A stretch of DNA of 63,549 bases, counting the filler, from Basidiobolus meristosporus CBS 931.73 (Eukaryota; Fungi; Basidiobolomycota), in NCBI GenBank assembly GCA_002104905.1. It is 4 parts of 4 records of this genome, joined end to end, with 100 filler letters (N's around TTAATTAATTAA, not from the genome) between each part and the next. Parts side by side here need not be neighbours in the genome. Positions count along the whole stretch, not along the records: positions 1 to 16,103 come from MCFE01001131.1; positions 16,204 to 34,208 come from MCFE01001076.1; 2 more parts are not named here. One strand, 5' to 3'. The position numbers and the translations under genes are program-made. Below the pieces are notes generated by a model, which saw nothing but the letters and a program-made list of their open reading frames with translations, did no database searches and was not told the DNA's origin. Positions 11,648-22,034 of this stretch are shown here, piece after piece. Position 1 is the stretch's first letter. Each line of letters opens with the position of its first letter.

Positions 11648-14457
11648 TTAGGGTTAGGGGGGGGGGGAAACCACCAGTTGGTGTAATCTTTATTGTCAAT
11701 CATTGTGAAAATAAAGAAGTCAGGGATTGATTCTGGAGTCTTGTAACATATTTGTACAGACACTTTGGGTTAATATGTAGATATGTTGCTATTTCTTGTA
11801 GTTCCTCTGCATTGAATAGAGTATTGAGAGGGAGTGGTGGTAGCACTAGCAATAACAACTTATGATCTATGTATTGTGATGTGCTTTTGCCAATTGGTGA
11901 TATAAAGCAAAGAAATGGGGTTTGCTGAGTTACATACTCTTGCCATAGTTGATTAAGATACTTGCTATATGCTTCTTTGGGGTTTTTACTCCCCTCTATT
12001 GCTTTGACAAATTGCTGCACTTTTGGGCACCCAATGATAGTTGCCCAACAGGAGTTATTTTGAAGCATCTTGCATGAAATCCATGCTTGTATCAACTCAT
12101 TTGTTGATTTTTGGAGTTGAATACGTAGTCTTGTACAGAGGTACAAGATTCTAATTGAATACGGGAGTAGTCCAAAAGTTGCCAGGACTGCGTGGTGATA
12201 CTGTGTTGGTGGGAGCCATGTAATAAAGTATAAATGCTGTGAGAAACAAACTTGTCCAGTTTTGTCCGGTATCTTGTTGGAATAGGCATTATTGCCAATC
12301 CAAACTCCAGTACTGGGAGCACAAACTGCTTGAGTAACAAGTGACATTGACTCAAAGGTATATCTGGTGGTGTAACAGAGACTAACTTGTGTAAAGTATG
12401 CCATGCAAGTGCTATTTGCCTCCACACATGTGCTTTTACATCCAGACCAGATGCAGTAAACAGAAGCCCTAGATAGCTGACAGTTTCTGCTGGGTGCAGA
12501 GTTTGAGAGTTCAGCATGATACTGCATCCAACTGGCTTGGTTTTTGCCATTGAGAGACTAAGATTGTTTTGTGTAAGGTAGCTGACAATCAGGTTAGAGT
12601 CTTTTTCCAAATTACTGGAAGAGATACAAATATCATCTGCGTATAAAGTTGTAAGCGCAGAGGCTTCCAAGGCAGGAAAGTTGTTCATAAAGATGGCAAA
12701 TAGTAGAGGGCCTAGTACGGATCCCTGCACTACCCCATTTGGAACATCATAAGTGGTAGATTGCATATTTGGATGCAAAATGTAGGCCTTTGAGTCCTGA
12801 TATAAAGCCATGATAAGAGCTGTAATTGAAGGTCCAGCAAAAGCTTCAAGTTTTCTCCAAAATAGGTTACAGTCAACTGCATCAAATGCACGGGTAATAT
12901 CCAAGAGTACTGCTGGAAATTTGTTACAGAGTGTGTGGTCATGGCTTAGCATGACAGCCACTTCTAGCAAGACTTTAGGTACAATACCAAATTGATTTGC
13001 TACAAACAAGCCACTAGATGAGAGTTGCAAAGCAATTAACAGTTCCCATACCTTTCTGCAAGCTGGTAAGGGGGAAACAGGGCAATAGGATTCTGCCAGT
13101 TTGGCTGAGCCTCTACCTTTGTATAGAGGAATCACCTTTGCAACCAGCCATTGCAATGGCATTTGTACATGTGAAATACACTGCAAATAGAATGGGAGCA
13201 ATATATGTGCCATGGCAGCAGGTGCCAGCTTCAAGATTTCATATGTTATATTGTCATGACCTGGTGCGGTATTGTTGGGTAGCTTACAAAGAGTTGCCTC
13301 TAAAGTAGCTGCATCCAGGTTAATTGTGTGAGAGCAATCTCTTGAAGTAGCTGTATAGGGCTTGGAGCTGTGTATGTCTTGCACAAAGAAAGCAGCAGCT
13401 AAAAGATTGGGACTTGGTGGATCTTTTGAAGCTTGCTGTAGAGCTTGATATATTCTTGATATGCTTCTAGTGGTGTCTGCAGCAGTCTTCAGTGGTAGAG
13501 AGTGCATTATATGATTCCAGTAGGATGCGTGTTTTTGAAGATTTTGAAGTTTCACATATTCAACTGCATCATCCAATAGCTGCTTCTGTGAGGGGTTAGG
13601 GAACTGGCAATAGCTCTGGGACAGTGCATATACTATGTTATGCCACTGGCGCATCTGGGATATTGGACATTTGGTTGGTAGTGACAAAGCAGCAGCAATC
13701 AATATCACATGCTTGACAAAAAGCCATGCAGTATCAACACAGCTGGGTAGATTGGTGTGATAGCTGATAATCATCAAGTAGTTAGCAAAATCTTTAAGTT
13801 GCAATGGCGTTGCTTGAAATGTCTTGAATTACAGAGGTTTTGTCAGCAGGACAGTGGGGAATTGCAATATCACTGACCATGCATCATGATCTGATAAGTT
13901 AAGCATTCCAAGCTGCGATTTCTTGACAATGGCAACCTCTTGTAGTAATTGTAAACCAGCTGGTGTTGTGCATATCAAGTCTACACATTGCTTTTCTGAC
14001 TGGGGATTAACAGCAATAAAATGACATTGACGCAGCATACAGTGAATAACAGTTGCCTTCAGCTTAGCACTCTTTGATACAGAAGTGCAATTTGTGTCAT
14101 GAGGAATATTTAGGTCACCAACTAGGATGCTTGTGGATTTCAAATGACAATGGAGCAGGACTACAGCATTAGCAATGTTGCTGACCTGCTCAAGTGCCAG
14201 CTTAGGTGGAAGATAGATGAGTAAAATACTGAGCATATTACATTTGAGTGAAGTGGCATATGGCAAAACTAATGGCGTCACCAGAGTTGTACTATGCCTT
14301 GTGTGTAAAATAAAGCAGATGGAGTGGCAAGTATTGTGTGGGCTACTAAAATAGTATGGCTCAAAAGTGTTCAGAACCAAATCAGTCATCTTAGCATTGG
14401 CAAAGCAGAGAATATCATACAACCAAAGTAGTGCCTGAATTGATTCCACTGTTGGGC
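11648..14457 (-). mobile_element. Unit C: 5'-truncated non-LTR retrotransposon (APE endonuclease + RT), disrupted
   Basis: EN motifs ILVGDLN, VDLI and LSDH (13829-14450). RT motifs APGHDNI, LDITRAFDAV, QGSVLGPLLF, YADD and YLG (12092-13804). C-terminal domain in another frame (11700-12527); stop ~5 nt before AATAAA. Confidence 0.9.
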
Positions 14458-14760
14458 TTAGGGGAGGGAAAGTCACCATAGTAGGTGAAATCTTTATTTG
14501 ATTCCAGACAAGTCTAACTACAAATAAAGAAGCAAGCTGGGAATAGAAGATTCCCAAAGTAAACACTAAGTTGAATATGAATAAATCTAAGCTAAAGTTA
14601 AGGCAGTATCCCAGAGTACACTGGAGTTCAGGTTCATGGGGGAGTGAAGTAGGTAAGCTTGAGAGATATAATAATCTTTGAGGAAGTGGGTAAAAGCAGG
14701 TGAAGGGGAGTTTTTGGTAAGTGAAGTGAATCTTGAGATCAGAGATTCCTCTAATGAGAA
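14458..14760 (-). mobile_element. Unit D: ~300-bp 3' fragment of a third, more diverged LINE subfamily
   Basis: Same terminal cassette; translates TYQKLPFTCFYP...SQLASLF, resembling unit C TQQTPFLCFISP...SLTSLF. Confidence 0.6.
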
Positions 14761-15996
14761 GGTTAGGGGGGGAGACAGTCACCAACAGGTGAAATCTTTA
14801 TTCCATTTGAAACAAAGAAGCCAGTGCTACTGTTGTAGCTTTGATACAAGAGTGTGTAGCTGAGGGGAATTTGTAGGTAGGTTAATAAGAAGTGATGATA
14901 GTTCTTCAGTGCTAAACACACTGTTCAGTGGGAAGGGGGGTAGCAAGAGAGGTAAGATTGACTTGTGAACAACATTAATGAGGGGAATGTGATAAGGATT
15001 GATATTCATCATAAAGGGAGTGTGCTGCTGCAGATATTGCTGCCAAAGGTCTGTCAAGTACCTCAGGTAGGCCAGCTTGGGTTTTTCTGACTGCAGAATA
15101 TAGTGAGCAAACTTCTTGAATTCAGGATCTCCAATTATAGTTCTCCAGCAGGAGCCAGGTGTTGTGTGGTGTGTTCTCTTCCAGGCCTTAATCAGTGGGT
15201 TGTTGCAGTTGTGAAGTCTGAGGTATAATCTGGTTCTAAGGTAGAGAAGTCTGATCTTATAGGGCATAAACCCAAAAGCACCAAGAATAGCATGTCTGTA
15301 GGGGCATTCAGGCAAATGAGGCACCAAGGAGGTAATGCACCATACTGCAAACTTGTCAAGCTTAGTGCAGTCTCTAGAAGTAAGAGAGAGAAGTGGTAAG
15401 CCAAATTCCAGGACAGGGAAGACAAACTGCTTGAGTAGAAGGAGGCAGCTTGGAGCTGAAGTTGTAGGAGGAGTAACAGCCAGTAGCTTGTGGAGTGCAT
15501 GTCTTGCCAAGATAATTCTCTTCTTCAGGTGTGCTCCAGAGTCTAGTCCAGTAGGAAGGAAAGGAAAGCCAAGATATGTAGCAGAAACCTGAGCAGGTAG
15601 AGTGGAGTTCTCCAAGTTGATGGGAGAGCCCAAAGGTACTGTCTTTGCAATGGAAAGCTGGAGATTATTCTTCTGCAGATACTGGTGGATGGTCTGGGAG
15701 TCTTGTGGCACATTGGAGGAGGATATTCTGATGTTATCAGCAAAGAGAGTAACCAGGCAGTCAGCTGAGAGTCTTGGGAGGTCATTCAGGAAGATGGCAA
15801 ACAGTATAGGACCAAGCACAGAGCCTTGAACCACTCCATTAGGAACTGAGAACACAGCTGATTGCTCACTTGGGTGCAGAATTCTTGCTTGTGGATCCAG
15901 AAACAGAGACCTGACAAGGAGGGTGAGAGAGGTACTGGAGAAGCATTGCAACTTGGACCAAAGCAGATTTCTGTCAACTGAATCAAAGGCCTTAGA
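14761..15996 (-). mobile_element. Unit E: 5'-truncated LINE RT copy abutting the telomere
   Basis: SKAFDSVDRNLLW, VPNGVVQGSVLGPILF, FADN (catalytic YADD decayed) and YLG; open to 14827; truncated in the SKAFD motif by telomeric repeats. Confidence 0.9.
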
Positions 15997-16103
15997 TTAG
16001 GTTAGGGTTAGGGTTAGGGTTAGGGTTAGGGTTAGGGTTAGGGTTAGGGTTAGGGTTAGGGTTAGGGTTAGGGTTAGGGTTAGGGTTAGGGTTAGGGTTA
16101 GGG
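15997..16103 (+). repeat. Telomere: TTAGG followed by (TTAGGG)17
   Basis: 17 perfect TTAGGG units at 16002-16103, with the G-rich strand running 5'->3' to the contig end. Confidence 0.97.
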
Positions 16104-16203
16104 NNNNNNNNNNNNNNNNNNNNNNNNNNNNNNNNNNNNNNNNNNNNTTAATTAATTAANNNNNNNNNNNNNNNNNNNNNNNNNNNNNNNNNNNNNNNNN
16201 NNN
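16104..16203. other. Artificial contig linker (N44-TTAATTAATTAA-N44)
   Basis: Six-frame stop linker inside N runs; identical at all three gaps. Confidence 0.97.
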
Positions 16204-18720
16204 TCCAGTGCATTTTCTTGAGCACTGCTCTTGAAGAAGTGCTGCAACCTCTTAGTGCACCTATTAATGCTCCAAAACTCCACTGAAGGCATTGTGATAG
16301 TCTTTTCAGCTCTTGATGTTGTGGTAGGGTAGACATACCTCCCACAGACAAGTTTATTCATATAGCCATTATGATATACTTATCCATACTTTATCTTATC
16401 AGTATTATCCCATTCTTCTATTGCCCACATTATCAGTATTATCCCCACATGATGTTTACCCTAGTTAGTTATTAGCATTAGTTAACCCAGATGTTATTCA
16501 GCTTTGTGATCAGTATATGTATCTACATAAGGCAAGTACCCGCGTCAGTACCTGTGACACTTGACCTAGGTCTGTGTTACCATGCCTACTATTTCAATAC
16601 CATATATGATATTTCTATGTTGCACAGGTTTCAGACTACCGATTCCTGATTGGTTGGATGTGCTGTGCCTTTTAGAACCTTCCAGGACATTCTTGGCGTA
16701 TTTTTAGCTCATGGTGATGACATCAAGAATTCCACTGAAGCCTAGAATGTTCTAGAACCTTGCAATTAGAAATCACTTGGCAATCAGGAAAAGTATTTAC
16801 AGGAAAGCAATCCCTCATCAATAAATCATCCCTTCTATCAGTAGCACTTCTACCTTATTGATTAGCAGTTGATCACTGCACCTGCCTTCAACAGTACATC
16901 TCAGACCTGCCATCAAGGAGCTTTTCAGGGTAGTGCATAAGACACACAGAGGCCTTTGAAGACACTTGGAGCATCTAGGAAGCTAGAGAAGCAGAAGCTT
17001 TTACCATAGTGACATATTGACAAAGACACCAGCAGTTTAGACACAGAGGTTATTGCACCCATCAGACACCTCACACACCTTGAGTTGTGTAACTTCTCCC
17101 AGGAGTACCTCTACCCCACCACAACATTGTATCTGTTTCTGTAAGTGGGATCTCCACTCTGTCAACAATGAAGCATGTGGAGGCTGTGGTAGACAAATTG
17201 CCTTTTTTAGCAAAATTATATACCTTGCTGGAGTGTAGCTCAACTGGCTGTGCTTCCAACTTTTGTGAAAACAGCTTTTTTCTTGTTGGTAACTCTTCTT
17301 GGCTATGATGGGATTGAGTCTGTTCCTAGCTTGTGGTGTTAATTGGCAAGAACTGCAGCTTCTTTGCATGCCTCCATGTCTCAGGCTTGCGTAGACATTC
17401 TCCCTTTACCTTTTCATTTATCACTGCCAGATCTTTCACTGCTACTTTTTCTGAGTGCATCTTGTAAAGAACTACATTTTCTCCTGGATAAGCTCTGCTC
17501 TGATGCATCTGTTTTGGCCTACTTGTCCCTTGCTGGCACTCTTCTGGCAACCTAATGTTTCTTATCCACTTGTTTTAGGCTCTCAACTGTAGTTGTGACA
17601 CGCTCCTGTAAAAACAGCTGGCTTTTACCACTGCCAGGTCATTCACTGCTACTTTGACTGGCTGCTTCTTGAGCAGTGCTACACTATTTCCTTGATACAT
17701 GCTGTGCTGGTGCATCTGTGTCTGTCTGCTTTTCCCTAATTAGCACTCATCCAGCTACCTGACATCTCTTTGACACTTGTCTGGAGCTTTGGGCCCTGCT
17801 TGTATCAGGTTCATGAGGAAGCTGCTGGTTTTTAGCCATGGCACCCTTGTTCTTCTGCCTTTGATAGTTTCTGCTATTCTTAAGATACTTTCTTAGCATA
17901 CCAATGCTGGCCCAAAATCTGTTTGCCCATTTGAATCCAGGATAATGCTCATGGAACAAGTCAGGTGCTTTCTACTTGGCCTTAAGTTCCTGATGGTCCC
18001 ATAGAATGCCGGCCTTAAGGTGATGGCATGCTAGACTTCTGATGGCCTCTTGTATATTAGCTCACTCTTCATTATTTCACTCAACAGCTTCACAGATCTT
18101 CAATGTCTTTTAATTTTTAGGCTTTGGTATAAACACCAGATTATCTTCCTCCCGCACTGTAATAGGTTTTTCTGTGGGCTTTATCTTTGGGCACTGTTGG
18201 TGTGCTTCAAAGACTGTACTGTGTTCCTCTGCTGTTACATTGGGAAATGGCTCAATTCTTGGCTGTGACATTGAGCAACTTGAGTTCCTTCTTTACAGCA
18301 AATATATTGCTTTATCTACCTGGTATATTGATTGCTCTACAGGTGTTATCAGCTCATCCTGTTTCCTGATTTCTCTGGGCCATTGCATCTATGCTACCAG
18401 CCACTGCACCTAATTGCTTCATCAATGCTTTTGTACAAGCTGACAATATACTTGCTAATATGGGTGGTGGTGATGTTATTATGGCAACTTGCCAATCCTC
18501 AACTAAGGGTACTGTGTTTGCTACATTAACGGTTAGCTTGTAGCTCTGCCAAGGTCCTCAATTGCTTACTTAACTAAGAGCCTGAGGAGTCTGTATTATT
18601 ACCTTCAATGGGCGCACTGTCCAGAGAGTCTTTTTTGGATGTAGCCCTCCTTGTTGCACTGAATGTCAAAGCAAGCTGTTCTCCAACCATTCTTCTGTTG
18701 CCTCAGCAGTGGGGTTTAGT
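16204..18720 (-). mobile_element. Decayed accessory ORF region of a CACTA-like element (copy 1)
   Basis: Remnants such as IQEAIRSLA.HHLKAGILWDHQ and FHEHYPGFKWAN recur at 26050-28950 and inverted at 28950-29472; lies divergently next to the transposase. Confidence 0.55.
16317..17126. mobile_element. ~810-bp solo LTR-like insertion with 17-bp terminal inverted repeats
   Basis: TGTTGTGGTAGGGTAGA...TCTACCCCACCACAACA; absent from host copy 2 (~26200); interior homologous to 22400-22700 (LTR region of the Copia at 22035). Confidence 0.7.
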
Positions 18721-18980
18721 TGAGAACCAGACAACTTTGCTTTATTTTTTGGCAGCATATATATGGAAATGAGTCAAACCAAAGGTCAAATAGTGTTACA
18801 TATATGGGTGTATGTAGTGCTACAACTTTATTTATAATGCTTACTATGGCAGTTCATCATTGAATCTTACATTCATGTAGGTGCAATGTCTCAAATATAA
18901 GACTGTCTTAAGTTTGCATGAGTACTGATCAAAAAGTGATATAATAGCATTACGTTGTTGAAGATCAAACTGTTTGCCCT

Positions 18981-21670
18981 ATGGACAAGACTACTTTGAT
19001 TCAATGCCATCAGAGAAGAGAAAAAAGACTGTGTGGCTATTGTGGCAAACCTCTCAGCCATGAACCATGCAGACAGCTTAGAAAGTATTACAAGGATCAT
19101 GGCCAGTGTTTTGCCACCCAAGTCATATATGACCATTCATTGGCCACTACTGTACCACCATTATCTTGCCAGCAAGTTGATACTTCTATAATGACACCTG
19201 GCCATCTTTGTCACCTTGCACAAACTGAGTCCAGTGAGTTTGTGATGCCTTTGGGCTCACCTCAGCCTTCTGAATGTGGCACACAGAGTGATAGCTATGA
19301 CAAAGAAGGCTCACTGATGGATTTGGAGCTTATATCCCCTAACAACAGTGCCACATATGAGCCTGGTGAAATCCCTATATGCAATGAGACAACACCTGTT
19401 GAAGCAAACGCTAAGGATACTTTGTGGAGCCAAGTGAGCACAGTAATCCATCTACTGGTGAATGATGTAATGTTGTGGCTAGAGAAGTGGTGCATTTCCA
19501 CTAATATCAGTAATGGGGGCTTTGGGGATTTATTACTACTTCTTGACAAAATGATACCAGGATACAACCTACCATGTATATGGTACAAGTGGACAACTGT
19601 AATGTGGCTGGCAACATATGATCCAGAGACTGTCCTGATTCCAGTATGTGTTAATAGTTGCATGGCATTCACATCCAAAAATACTACCATTGCAACATGT
19701 CCAAATTGTCAAGAACCCACCACCATTAAGGGAAACTATTGTTCACACTCCGCAAAAATTCTGGTGATACCCTGTCTGAGGAAGCTGATGCAGTCCAATA
19801 AATATTGCAAAGCTATACAGTACTGCACTCAGTATCAATCAAGTGCCAACATATCTGCTATTTTTGATGGTAAACATTACAAACAGCTAAGAAGCAAGGG
19901 CTACTCTGAAGGTATGTACAACCATGCCTTTGATAGAGCACTTGATGGATTCTCATCAAACAAGTATTCTACCAGCAAATCCTGCTGGCCACTGATTCTT
20001 GTTAATTGGAATATGCCGCCCATCTTATGGTATCAGAGCATTAATCTGATGGTAGTCTCACTGGAATCTAGGCCTAAATCACCTTTCAACCTGGATAGCC
20101 ACCTGTATCCACAGCTGGATGAATTTTGTATGCTTTCCAATGGGATAACAGTAAATGACCATCATGTAAAAGCGCATATTGTTATCTGCACTGGAGATAC
20201 CCCAGCCATCAGCAAGATAGCAGGTTTTTCCGGGCACAATGGACAGTATTGCTGTTGAAAATGTGAGATCCAAGGGATTTACTCCATAACTCACCCACAT
20301 TATTATTACCCAAACACCATCACTTAGAGCATCATCTTTTCACAAAGGGAATGAACAGAAGTAAGCAGGCAATTGCAGCAAAGTTAGCAAGCTACAAGCC
20401 ATTGGCCAGAATATGGAATCACTTGGAAACCAGAGATTCTTATAATAGAGGGTGTCTGTGGTAGCAAAAGCTTTTCACTGCAAGCAATGCATTTGCATTT
20501 TGACAATATCCCTATACTGATGACTAAGTTGCACATGGGGCATTTCAAGCTAAATGAGCCCTTTGATATGCCAAAGAAATTTGAAAGAATTGGCAGGATA
20601 TTACAGAGTATCTGTACCTTAAGTAATTCTCACAGGCTCCAGTCAGTATTCATATGCATATGGAACAATACAAATGCAAAGACTGGATGAACTGGATATG
20701 TATTTATTCAAGTGGTGTTCTGAAGCCATTCCTGCCAAGAGTACATTGGAAGCATTGGGAGTCATATGTGGACATTGTAGAAATATTTATCAAAAAGCAG
20801 ATCACCATTGCAAACTTGATGCATCTACAACTGTTGTGTGAGGAGTTTGTGACAGGATTTGAGTGGCTATACTACAAACATAAAGCTGAACACATAGATC
20901 TCTGCCGCTACTGTATTCATTTTCTACTCCATCTTGCACAGTGAGTGGAGAATATTGGGCCTTGCTTCACCTTGTGGGAGTATCCTATGGAGTAGATGTA
21001 TGGGGAGATAGGAGGACAAGTCAAGTTTCAAGTACTACCATATCACAATCTCATCAAGAATATTACCTTCAAGTCTGTCATGGATGTGATGAGTTGGCAC
21101 ATGGAGGTCAGCCAGAAAGAGTTGGAAAATGCTGAGAACAAATATGTACATGGAGACACCTATGCATATGGCATTAAGAAGCTAAGCAGCCCCAATATGC
21201 GGGTAATCAGTTAAGTAATGAAAAGTTGGTTGGGTGCAACAAGCAACTAACTTTTATCAGGATAATCTACCAGAGTATGCCGGATTTCTCATGGTCACAA
21301 GCCAACTTCTACACCATTCAATACGGAACTCACTCAAGCAAAAGCCAGTGCACACCAACAAGGGGGACTAGAATCTAGCAGGGAGAAGGAATATATTGGC
21401 TAAATACCAAAAAATTCTTTGCAGATATTCAGGAGGTATTCTTGGCAGAAGTGGCAACAACCAAGCATATATTTGCAAGATGTATATGTTACCAGCAGTA
21501 CAAGGTATATGGCAACTTTGCACATATCACACTAAAAAGCTGTAAAGTTGAGGTGATAGAAGTTTATCAGTTGCAGAAGGTGGGTGCATTTGTAGAGGTT
21601 GGTGAGCAGGAGGCCATAGTTTTATTTTACTTGAACTACATGCAGAATACCCAAGGTAGTAGTGGGTAAG
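18981..21670 (+). pseudogene. CACTA/En-Spm (Tnp2/Transposase_21-type) transposase, degenerate
   Basis: CVNSCMAFT, FDG..YKQL, DGF, WPLILVNWNMPP, GDTPAISKIAGFSGHNGQYC and YPME*MYG (DUF4218-like) motifs with many stops. Confidence 0.85.
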
Positions 21671-22034
21671 TAAACAAAGAGGGGTGATTCCACAGTGAAG
21701 TATATGAAATGCACAGGGGGAGGTAGAAAAGGGAAACACCATCTGGTAAATTGGTTTGGTAGCATTATACAGAACCAGCAGTAGGCCTTCATACTGCCAA
21801 TATAATGACATCAGAGTCTTGCTGTGAGGCTGTCAAAGTACTGTCAAGTTTTTTTCCATATAAGACAATTGGATGTCCTGGCCAACCAGATCCACTTAAA
21901 ATAGTTATAGAGCGCTAAAAGACCGCAACAATACTATGCAAATATTGTCATAACACCAATAAAAAATTGTCAAGTTTTATCCCTTTATTTGGTTGTAAAA
22001 TTAGCAAAACACCTTTATGATTCTGTCATAAGAT

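Noticed and set aside
10881-14802. Recurring ~45-bp palindromic motif separated by unique sequence (CRISPR-like appearance)
   Set aside because: Spacers are 230-2800 bp of retroelement sequence in a eukaryote with no cas genes; these are element 3' ends.
16104-16203. TTAATTAATTAA palindrome in N runs (also at 34209 and 51267), and the apparent telomere-next-to-transposon-nest adjacency
   Set aside because: Artificial concatenation linker; sequences on either side are not known to be neighbours, so the telomere is not interstitial.
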